A stretch of 64,000 nucleotides of DNA, taken from Cystobasidiomycetes sp. EMM_F5. Its lineage: Eukaryota. The notes below the pieces were generated by a model that was given only the letters and a program-made list of their open reading frames with translations, made no database searches and had not been told where the DNA came from. The position numbers and the translations under genes were made by a program. Of this stretch, positions 22,900 to 33,681 are shown piece by piece. Location of the stretch: NCBI GenBank assembly GCA_051047955.1, contig JBPGPT010000005.1:434001-498000 (forward strand). Direction: 5' to 3'. Numbering within the stretch: position 1 is the stretch's first letter; each line of letters starts with the position of its first letter.

Positions 22900-25800
22900 A
22901 TGCCGGCGATACGTTCGGCGTGTTTAGCGTCTCCCGTCGCGAAAGGTATCGACAAGTCTCCTCATCAGGTGATAGACTTGACGTCCGGGTCACCCAAATC
23001 CACCCAGTCAACCCCATCATCACACCGCAGATCCACAGCGCCTTACGAGTCGCGTCACACGTCAGCACTCGCTCCATTATCTCCATCCAAGGGGGGCAAC
23101 AGGCATTCGCAATCAGCACAGCACAAGCCAAAAGGCGCCAAAAGAGGATCCTCGACTGCAATAGGCAATCTCCAGGGTACAGCAGTCCTATCTTCACAAC
23201 ATCTGTCTCAATCGCCTAAACGTAAGCGCAGTGCTTCGCGACCAAGCGCTACACTTGTCCGACCGGAAAATAAACGCCAGCCGCTCGTCATTGAGCTTGA
23301 TGACTCTGAGTCAGAATGTGACAACGACACTGTATCTCCACCCATCCTCAAACGCGCAGTCAAGCGGGTCAGGCATGAAAAGGCTGTTTGCGGCGACTCT
23401 GAGTCGCCAGTGGTCGGAGAAACCTCGGATTCACGGGTGTTCGGGGCTAGTCCAGGGCCGTACAGCATTACAGAACGGCCGTCTGTCAATGGCACCCAAG
23501 AATCACCGCTTCCAGATGCGTTGAGTGCACCTGATGATGACCTAGCATCCGAAGCTGCAGCAGACGTTGTCGCCCCTCAAATTGCTTCTACAGCCGTGGA
23601 TTCGGGATATGCAAGTGACCGTCCGTACATCATCACTGACGGACACGACTACTCATTTCTCGATATTCAACCCATCCTCCAAACTTATCCGCGCATTGAC
23701 GGACAGTATGGTGGAGATTTTCTAGTATTGGCGAATAATCCCGGCGGTGGGTTCTGCGGCTTCGCTGCAATTGCATTTTGTCTGTTCGGGAGCACGCGCT
23801 ACGCACCGTATATTCGAACGCAAGCATTGGCACAATTACATGCTGGAGACTTGGACGAGCACTGGCAAGACCTCTCGAACATGACTGTGACCACCGATGG
23901 AATCACCCTGCTCGAAATTGATCAGGATGTTAATGAATTCGCATCTGAGATGCTGCGGATGGAAGAGACTCTGCAAGCAGCGCCTGGAGAAATGGACAAC
24001 CTTCGCTACGGCTTCAAGGCCGACATGCGAGTGGAGGCGATGGGATTGATTGCGCGAGCCCTCAACCTGCATCTTCTGATCTTCCAGCCGCCTACCACAC
24101 AGCAAGGTGTGCAGCTCCTGTACAATATCCGTGCCGGTCCAGGAGCTCGACAAGTCTACCTGGAATTGGACATGGTCAATCACCACTATCGTGCACTAGT
24201 TTCGGCAACGGCGGTTCATCCTGCCGCAGCAACCGTAGAGAACGTGTCAGATGCTGAAGACTCTGCCGACATTTTTGGCATCCCTGGTGCAATCATGAAT
24301 GATAGCGACAGCGGATCAGACGACGAATATGAGCAAGACGATGATTTTGTGTGTGACGAGGTGCCTTCATCCAATGGACGCACATACGATGTCACTGGAG
24401 TTGATACCGCTGGAAACGAGAAATGCTCGTGTCCCACGGGTATGCCGACGGCTGAGTCTCTCATATCTGCTCTTGATAAGACCGTAGCCCAATGCTCTAC
24501 CCTACCGGAGTCCATGCCCGAAGATTGGAAGCGTAGTTTCGCATCCCATTTGCGGCAACTACCCGAAGCCTGTAAAGGCTGGTCTGGCTCATCCACATCC
24601 GAGTCCAAAGCGCAGGAAGATGAAGATACGTTCATCAAAGCAGAGCTAGCAAAGATAATCGAGAAGCGTCAACTCGATCCTGCTACAATGCACCGTTTCA
24701 AATCGTACACTGGCTCATGGCATGCACCGACTGGCTTGCACCTCTTCTATCCTCCTATCTACACTCCATCTACAAATACTCATATCCTGCAGGGGGGAAG
24801 CTGGACAATGAATAAATTTTTGGGCGCTGGGGTGACCGAGCAGACATTCGTGACAGACTCTTTTCCTTTCTCTTCGCCCATTCCGTACGGATCTAGCCAA
24901 CCAGCTATCGGGGATTCCAGGTTTACATGGGATTCTACCCTGACACCGGCCGCTACAGAGGACATTTGGTCCCTACTAAAACATCGTGTGTATCGCGTCC
25001 ACCTGGCTCGCCTTCGTCATCCCGGCATAGAGGTCGTTCTCGGGGCCCAGGCCAGAGAAGTCTATGACGCAGCCGCGCGAACACTGACGGATGGCTGGTT
25101 GCGGCACCGTATGATGGTACCGCTTACTATTCCGGCCGTAACATCTTCTGCTGGGCAGCATCCAGAGCAATTCATCACCGTACCCATAGATATTTTTTAC
25201 TGTGCAAAAGAAGGAAGCATGCAATGGGGAAAAATGGTGTGGCAGCATGTGCATCCGTCCAGTCATTCGCGAGGCATAGGCCGTGGCTCCCCAGTGTCAT
25301 TTGCAAACGCGGGGCTGTCGGTGAGTCGATGCCAAGCAAACGAATATATGAAACGGGACTGATGAATCATTCTGACCCCAGGACGCGCTCACTGAACTTC
25401 TGATACGTTTCAGCGCTGTGAACCCCGTCAAAGTACCGTGGTCGTCTACGTTTGCGTGGGAGGCTAGGCCTTCGACCTTCAAGCGTGCGCCGCATTATCA
25501 CCCACCTTTCCTCACAGCAATGCTGACGCGAGAGCGCCTGCGCGGCACGTCGTATACCCGGGACGAGTTGGAGGCGTTGGCACCTGGCCTTCTGGCACAA
25601 CTGGCACGCAGAATGCCTCTGCCCACAGATCTCGGCAAGTCTGTTCTAGAATCTTGCGTAAAGTGGCGGGCTCGCAAAGCTGCAATAACGAAGAAAACGA
25701 CCATGTCAAAAGTTGTCCCCAATCTCACTATCGCTCAAGCGGGAATGCTACAACCGTCTAAAGACGACCCTAACATGAGCGTGGCCCAAGCGATGGCTCG

Positions 25801-26704
25801 GAGAAAAGCCACGACAATGTCGAAAGACTACGAGGGGAAGACGGTGGAGGAGGTTGCCGTCATGAGAAGAGTCGCCAACTTTGCCGCAAAGCGTACGACA
25901 ATGTCGAAGGAATTCCCTCTTCTGACAGAGGCTCAAGTTAAACAGGCCCGTCGGAGCGCTCTCGTCAAGGACAGTGTAGATTGGAATGACGACCGGTTGA
26001 AGCCCTGGCTGGAGAAGACACGAGGACAGAAACCCCATGTTGTAGCCGCAGCAACAGCCCAGGTCGTACGCGCAAAGTTCGATATAGATACTCATGGCTT
26101 AACGACCCGTCTGCATGGCTTACCCACTGAGCTGGCCAACACCGACATGAAGAAGTGGAGTCTGACAGATATGGCGTATCTGGTTCTAGGCGTAGAGAGC
26201 GGACGAATTACTCCGGATTATTCTAAAAGCGGACGAACGGGCAAGACAGCTGCAACAGCTAAGCGACGCGTAACTATGTCGAAGGAGTATCCCCTTTTGA
26301 CCGAAGCGCAACTCAGAGTTATCAATCTATGTCATAAGGGAAACCCCCGGCGGCCTCTGGTGAAGGACCCCGTCGATTGGAACGATGCTCGCTTGAAACC
26401 ATGGCTGAAGCAGGCACAGGAATGTGAGACTTTTCGAAAGCTGTGTACGGCCACAGCGGCTACCATTGCAAGTCACCTACGCGTCACAGCCTACCTTCTC
26501 ATGTCGAAAATGAATGGATTGCCGGCTGAATTGAAGGGCACTACTATGGAGAAGCAATGGACCTTCGTTGACTTGGCATTCGTGGTACTCGGCGTCGTCA
26601 GTGGACGCATTACCCGAAAATCCAATGTCGTACCGCTACAGTCATCGTCCGGAAACGCAAGCAGCGACGAGGAGTCAGATGATGATGGTTCTGCCGACGT
26701 ATGA
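22900..26704 (+). CDS. Orphan multidomain protein of about 1250 aa: OTU-like domain + UDG-like fold + duplicated C-terminal module
   Basis: ORF 22873-25362 joins ORF 25418-26704 in frame via intron 25321-25381 (GTGAGT...CTGAC...CAG). Domain calls rest on motifs (see findings). Confidence 0.8.
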
Positions 26705-28131
26705 GTCAGTCCTTCAAGACCGCGGTACAGAATATTCAAGCTTGTGTGGGAGAGGGAGTTGAAGAGTATGGAAACGAGGAGCGTGGTATGTGCTGCCATG
26801 CGGGCTGGAGGAACCAGTAGTATCAGTGCTATGTAACATCAAAAAGGCTATTCAGCCAGTCAGGATTCAGGAACACAGACTTCATGCTTGTAGCATTAAA
26901 TGGGCTATTCAGCCATTCAGAAAGATTGCAAACATGCAAAATCTGCAGCATCTGCCAAACACGTATGGTCCGCAAAGCAAACGGGCTCGCAGCACTACTA
27001 ATGACTGATCCTGCCCACGTCCACAGCCACATCTTGTAAATACAAAAGCAAGTCTGCAGCAACAGTTGCCAGAGCTAAGGCAGGCATGCAGAAGAATCAG
27101 TCTACTTGCGAGTAGCATCCACGCCTTGGCAGACTTGTAGAGTGCTGACTATGGCAGTTTGCGTGCACGGCCGTACTATCGACAGCTCGTCGGGCTCTTC
27201 GAGGTCGTGACGACGGGCGCGCAACAAGACCCGATGACGACCAAGACGTGTCAGTACGTCAAAATCGTGCTGCAGCATGATTTTAGCAACCGTAGACTAT
27301 CTTGTTGCGTTCCTGTCGGCGTAGACACCGCTTGGACCAACTCGCGGTTATGCCAGTGCAGGCCAGCACGGAAAGGAGAGGAGACGGCCATGTCGACAGA
27401 ACCGAAAAGTGGGTCGAAGTGTGGAAGGGAGGGTGCTATTAGTCGTTTCAATCGTCCATGTCGTTATGTCGTTGTAAAGCGTGATGCGGTATCTGTATGT
27501 AAACAATACAAGCGATGTCGGAATGTCGGTATACGTGCTCATCTCGTAACAGCAGACAGGGAGCGACCCTACATATGTCGCTGCCATGCGATAGGCAGTA
27601 TAGAAGAGTGAAGCCTGCAATCTTGCTGGCTGACGAGGCGACAAGCCAGCCAGCGTCCGGTCTGGCAAACAGTCCACTCGGAGATAGCCTGAACATGACA
27701 GCAGCAAGTCAGCACACTGCTTTAGACAACAAGAGTGATGCAATTTCTACTCACTCCTCAGACCAGGCTGCCCCGACTGACGGAAATTACTCGGCTGTCC
27801 AGAGAGACTGAGAAGATCACTTGTCGCTGTATGGAGTCGTGTCGGCGACAACGGCAACTGATCGGAATGCTACGTGGGTAATGCAAGCCGACTGACGCGT
27901 GCAATGCTCACTGGAATCGCATGATTACATTGCATCTGTTGCAGTAGTGATAGTGCTCACTACCTTATTCAGTCTAATGCTATCAGAGCCAGCGGCAAAG
28001 CCAGCAGGCTTTGCAGACTTGTACTTGTGTTGACAATAAAGACGTCCTCAACTGACGCCCAAAGCAGCCTTCCACTGCCGCGCATGCTACCTGGATCAAC
28101 CTTGACTAGACGGGCGATCAATTGCATTTCA

Positions 28132-29090
28132 TCAACGCTGGAAAGCTCCCTCTTTCTTTACTCGTCCTGCAGCACCGGAGGGTTCTCGAACCTGGTAGCG
28201 ATACTCAGCAGGGACTTCAGGTCGTTGCATGAAGGACGCAAGGTCTAAAATCTGGGCGTTGCGGACGGGTCCATTCTGGCAGGTATCGACAGTGTGGAGA
28301 AAGCCTTTGCATTTTGAGCACACCATCTTCAACAGCAAAGCTCAGCGAATGGATGAGAGACATAGGTCAAGAACGTACTCCGTTGTGATGCAGAACATTG
28401 TATAGTTCCTCCCAGGTAATCCATCCACCGTCCTTAGTGCTGCGGCAGTTTACAGCCCAGTGTTTGTGCCCAAAGCATTTTGCGCAACGAGTCTTGTCGG
28501 CTCCGTTCTGTGAAACAGATGCAAGTCAGAGCATGTATACGTTCAATGTATCAACGCCTTACAAGTAGGAGTTGGCCAGGATACTCGACCACTTCAGCTT
28601 GGTCCAGTGCGTGCTCTCGATAGGGATTGTAAGGTGCTTCTGCGCGAGGGGCGTTGCGGTTGTTGCCAGTAGTTTGATTGAAATGCCTGACGTCTGCATA
28701 CTGAACACTGTGAAATTGCTGACCGGGCATGTCTTGATTCGAGCTCGTTGCCGCAGGCGGGAGGGAAGGCGAGTCAACTTTGACATGATGGACGAGCTCG
28801 ATACGTTCAGAGGGACGCTGGAATGCGGGAGGCTGGTGCAGCATTGTGTTTGCAACCGAAGCTGGCTGATGAGCGGCAGCGAGAATAGTTGCCATAGCCG
28901 AAGCTACAGCCGGCGAAGGAGTAGAGGCGTGGGAGTGCATGTGGTTGTGTGTGTTGTATGGAGTAGGAGGAGGAGGAGGCGCACTACCATACAGGCTACC
29001 ATTATAGGGATGACCACTCGAATGCAAAAGCGCCTGGGCAAATTCAGACAGCCACGGCTGAGCCATGACTAGGTACTGTGAAGGTGGCAT
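28132..29090 (-). CDS. Pro/His-rich protein with two CCHC zinc knuckles (3 exons)
   Basis: Spliced reading gives CAKCFGHKHWAVNC and CSKCKGFLHTVDTC, both CX2CX4HX4C; GT-AG introns keep the frame; TATA-like TATAAA upstream near 29230. Confidence 0.75.
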
Positions 29091-29343
29091 TGCAACGTAT
29101 TAGCTGCTTGTCATATGTAGTGTGGATGGGGAGGTATAGGAGGTACGAGCCGTACCTTTGGTTTTTGCAAGAGACGTTTCCTTGGGAAGGAAGGAAGACA
29201 AGCCGTAAAGAAAAAATGTGTGCGCTTTTATACCTTAGGCAACGCTTTGTCGCCAACCCTGATCGTCTAGTCAGTTTCATTGCAAATTGCCGCACATTGG
29301 AAGAGCCGGCCTGAGCGCCCATAATGTGAGCGGAGCTACGCAG

Positions 29344-29455
29344 GAGCGTCAGAGCGTAGGAGCGTAAGAGCGTAGGAGCGTAGGAGCGTAGGAGCGTAGG
29401 AGCGTCAGAGCGTAGGAGCGTCAGAGCGTAGGAGCGTAGGAGCATCAGAGCGTAG
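29344..29455. repeat. 8-bp tandem repeat (GAGCGTAG with GAGCGTCA/GAGCGTAA variants), 14 copies
   Basis: Units counted directly from the sequence. Confidence 0.97.
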
Positions 29456-30280
29456 GGTACCCGGCTATCTCGCGGGTGCACCTATCGCAGGCGCTGTACT
29501 CGCGAGAGGTGGGTATCAAGGCATGATAGGCTTTTCTGGTAGGCAGAGACTGGTCTACCAGATTCTAGATGTTTTTCTGAAGCGCTTCACGTCTGTCAGG
29601 GGGAATTCAGACTCTCGGAGTGCTGTTCGCCTTGATGGCAAGATTTATGAGTGAGCAAACGCCTAACGCCTGTTCTCGAAAAGCTAACGCACGTGAACGG
29701 GACTGCAGTGGATCGCCGCATTTTCGTCAAGCTATAACGAGTTCATACGAAGAAAAGTACCCGAGTCGTAACGCCGGCAGTACAAGCAGTCATACATTAT
29801 CCTGCACCTTTAATCGTTCTAATTGCGTTGACCGTTGGAGTCAATATTGTGAAAGCAGGCTCGCGTTTGAGGGGGAATCGGAGTGAACGATGGTAACAAT
29901 ATCTAACGTCACGGAACCTGCCTACGACGCACCCGATACAAGCTTTCCGGATGCAAGTTCGAGAGGGTTGCGCTTTTTAGTGGACGTCTATATCCTGCCT
30001 CCGCTATAAATGGCTTCCGTACATAATTACAGATCTCGGGGCCACGCTCGACTTTCGAATTTCGCCACCTTGACGAGGGTGTGAGTACAGCGACATGCGC
30101 AGAACAAGTATGACGACCGTGCGATTGGTCACTACAGCGTAATAATGTTTGACATGACAGCGTGGCTGTTGTTTTCGTCACTTTCGCCAGCAGCACCGCC
30201 TACAGAATCCATTACTAGGTCAGATGTTGGCCGTCTGATGTTGTCTCCCCACTCAATCCGTACACGCATCCCTGTATATC

Positions 30281-30839
30281 ATGGCTTTCGCTCATCCATC
30301 AGTAAATTCGTATTATGTCCCACAGGCTCCACTTCTTCCAACACAAATCGCACCCGTTATGCAGCAAGCACCAGTGTATACTCAACAAGGTTTACATGGT
30401 GCACACAACGTAAACCGTTCTCGCTTGTAAAGGAGACTAGAACGCTTATTGTCCAGTTCAACAGCCGCATATACAGCAAGCCCTATCCGTGAAGGCTCAT
30501 CCTTATGCACAGCCTGTGGTTGCGGGCTCAGTAGCTGCCATACAGCAAGCGCAGAAGATCAGGAAAGGTGCAATCACTCATGCGAAGCTGCTAGGACTGT
30601 GGCGATTGGCTTTGCAGGAAGCTGGCGCGGATGTCAAGAAGTATGGTGATGTGATAGGCCACACGCCATCGAGCTTCCATTTTAACGAAAAGCCAAGAGT
30701 CGAAAATGCCAAGCTCATTTACGCAAAATTGCATCTAGAGGAGACAAGGTCAAGCTCTACAGCAGCAGCAGCTTTCCCGCATACGTCAGCGGGCAATGGC
30801 TCGGCCGTCGCTATCGCTGCAGCCGGTTCAGCTGCTTGA
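30281..30839 (+). CDS. Small hypothetical protein with Gln/Pro-rich N-terminus (3 exons)
   Basis: MAFAHPS|APLLPTQIAPVMQQAPVYTQQ|VQQPHIQQALSVKAHPY... splices in frame into ORF 30489-30839; TATAAAT near 30005. Confidence 0.6.
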
Positions 30840-31260
30840 CGAAGATTGAAGTAGCCTGGACTGGGTTTGAAAGGACTGCGGTCTTGCTGTCCAATCGTAT
30901 GTTATGACCGTCATAGTATCAATGGAGGTAGATAGCGCAAACCTCTGCGCAGCTTACTTTGCTCCCTACCGGACATTATTGTTTGCATGCGCCACCTGCC
31001 TTACACGGAGTGAACAGTCTACCTATACAAAACAATGCGCCCAGTCAACGTGAAGCCTACTTCCCTACTCCCCTTCGCCTGCGTTCGAGTGTCGGCATTG
31101 CTGAGGCATATGAGGCTGTAATACAGCTGAGGATTGAGTTCTGTGCTATGTTACCTGTCAGGTCCATCATTGACCAATGCATTCAAGCAATGCTGACATA
31201 CGTACTGCAGAAGCACTTTTGCGGTGCTGCCTGCTCTCGACGTAGTGGCTACATATCGGT

Positions 31261-32618
31261 CTACGTAATATGCTCAGCCCTCCGTTCTGATAACTGCATC
31301 TGAGAACTCACACTGTCACTGTCAATATCGGTGTCAGTATTGCTGCTAGCAGACCCTCGGCTTCGAGCTAGTGTCGAAGCTGGTGGTTCTACCCGACGAC
31401 TGCTCGACATAGACGGCACGGGAGACGGAAGGTCGTTGACACTGCTGGAGTTAGAAGACTGGGACGAAGTCGTCGAGGAGGATGCACGACTGCTGTTATA
31501 TTGAGAAGAGACGCAGGAACGAGAGTCATCCTCATCATCGCAACTCTGACTGTCGCAGTCAAAGGCGTCCGAGCTATCACTTTCACTGGAATTTGCACTT
31601 TGATTGTCCTGAGATGTGGCTGTTGACAGATTCTCGGTACAGGAGCTGCTTGCATCAGAGGTCGAATCAAAGTCACTGGCGTCACGGCTAGAGTCCGTTT
31701 CTTCACCGTCGCGTGGTCCTTGCGGAAGTATTCTGATGCCCGAGCGTCTCAGTACTACGCCGCTCCGATATTTGAATCTATACGTCATCAGACTCAAATG
31801 GGGCTCGGTATCTTCAAGCGTCTGCAAGTTCACCTGAGCGTGAACCACGGGGCGTCCTTGTCAAAATACATCCAATCGACAACGTGCCGCCGCGGTGCCC
31901 TCTCACTCTGTCCATATTGAACGTAATGTTGGATTTTCTTCGGAATCACATCCGGGGAGATCGACTGATCAGACTGCGAATCAAAATGTTAGCTGGAAGT
32001 TGACAACCCTAATAACATGACAGACCGAAGCATAATTTCCGAGCTGAAGATACTCGTCTTCCATAATGCCGCGGTAGAACTTGAGCACAATGCTGTGTAA
32101 CGCGTCAATCTCTCAGATGTCGACGACAAAAGCATGCTGACCTACGATCCCATCTCATTTGACGCTGTCTTCCTCTTCCGCCTATCCGCAAGTTCGGAGG
32201 TCTGTGCTCTCGCCTAGGCGGACATCAGCAATAGTGAACATCAGCAACAGGAAACAGCATGCATTGTATGATGACACGTAGACACCTTGGCGAACATGTA
32301 CGGCATAATCGATCTGTCAGAATCATAGATCCCTGCACTAATCAGGTTCTCGCCGCGCTGTCTGGTGTTCTTGATGGGGATGCCGTCCACCCGTTGACCG
32401 TCGATGTAAACGTCACAAGCAAGATCTGGCCAGCCGGGATCGCGGGTGCGCCAGTCTCGTATCACGATTCGGAAAAGTGTAGATTCTTCGGATTGTACAT
32501 AACACGTACTGTCCAGACTTGTCGCCTCCGATGGGTATTCGATGCATTCGAACCAGTCTTCCTCAGGCCCTTCGCGCAGTATCTCTATACGAGCACCGAT
32601 AGAATGCATCCGTACCAT
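31261..32618 (-). CDS. Fungal DUF7918-like protein with Ser/Asp-rich tail
   Basis: Spliced motifs CYVQSEESTLFRI, DVYIDGQRV, PYMFAK, GSIVLKFYRG, PWFTLRFKYRS match a fungal domain of unknown function that I recall as DUF7918 (unverified). Confidence 0.65.
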
Positions 32619-33681
32619 TGTAGCTTGGAAATGCTCTTTTTAACGAGTCAGTAGTAATAAACAAAGCAGAGGCGAGAGCGGGAAACCTCTCCTCTCATCC
32701 TGTAGCAAAATGAGCATATGTTGACAGTCTGAGCACGGGTCGTCGAGCGCCTTAGCCACCGCACGAGCCTAGCTGCCAAAGGACTTGATTGGTGGATCAA
32801 GCACAGGCCGCTTAGCAGTTCTCAGACTGCACAGATTTCAGCACGAAGTGTTCCTCTCGATCACAGAAGTGGTCAAAACATCCAGCCAGCCCTGGACTCA
32901 GCCCTGGACTCAGGGAGTAAAATCGTGACCCAGACATGATCTGGATTGATGGGATTCACTGTGCACATGTAATTTTGCTCACCTACAGAGCATAGGTAAA
33001 GTCGGACAAAATGTTGCATATGCTGTGCTTTCGGTATTCTACATACTTAGTACAGCCTGCACGCAAGGCCCCGTCTTGTCTGACGTGGTTTGAACGTCTC
33101 TTTACTACCGTTCAACGTACGCGACATTCGAGATGCCCAGCGCGCCTCATAACACCAACGGGAACATCCGCGCGCTCCGCGACAATTCTCAGTGGGAGAC
33201 GGACGGCGCTGGAGCAGGCGAGGTCGATGAAGTACAGCACACAGAGTTACTCTGCATATGGCGCTATGCTTTGCTGCGTTACGGAGCCGATTACGATCGA
33301 TATGGCGACCGCATTGGCTACGTTCCATCAGCAATTCACTTCATCGAGCAACCGAGGGTAAAATCCGCTGCCAGACTGTTTGATCACATTTGCGATAAGC
33401 GAAGACAGAGACGTAGTCCAGATGTCAGGGAAGCTGTTTGTTAAATTCGACGACGAAGATGAGGGCATGCACAGGGTTGAAGAGGTAAAGGTCAGGGAGA
33501 CTGTATCAGGGAGGAGGGCGGACACGAATATAGGAATAGTTCACAGGTGGTCACGGCTAGTTAGCCAACTAGCAGCATGGTTATCCATGTAGAGTATTTC
33601 CGCCGAGCTCGCTAGTACCCGAAGGTGTTTCCGTATGCCATGCTCAATCCAAATCGTCTGGTCGCACAGGCCGCCTGCACA

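Noticed and set aside
26840..26920. GGCTATTCAGCCA occurring twice
   Set aside because: Only two short copies with no associated element structure.
27100..28000. Several 70-150-aa ORFs
   Set aside because: No motifs and no consistent splice model.
29044..29481. 145-aa ORF with LLRSYAPT repeats; CRISPR-like appearance
   Set aside because: The peptide repeat is just the translated 8-bp minisatellite; there are no spacers and the context is eukaryotic.
32887..32913. 12-bp direct duplication CAGCCCTGGACT
   Set aside because: Simple adjacent slippage duplication; does not flank an insertion.
33011..33600. Overlapping short ORFs on both strands
   Set aside because: No coherent gene model or family could be built; a small spliced gene cannot be excluded.
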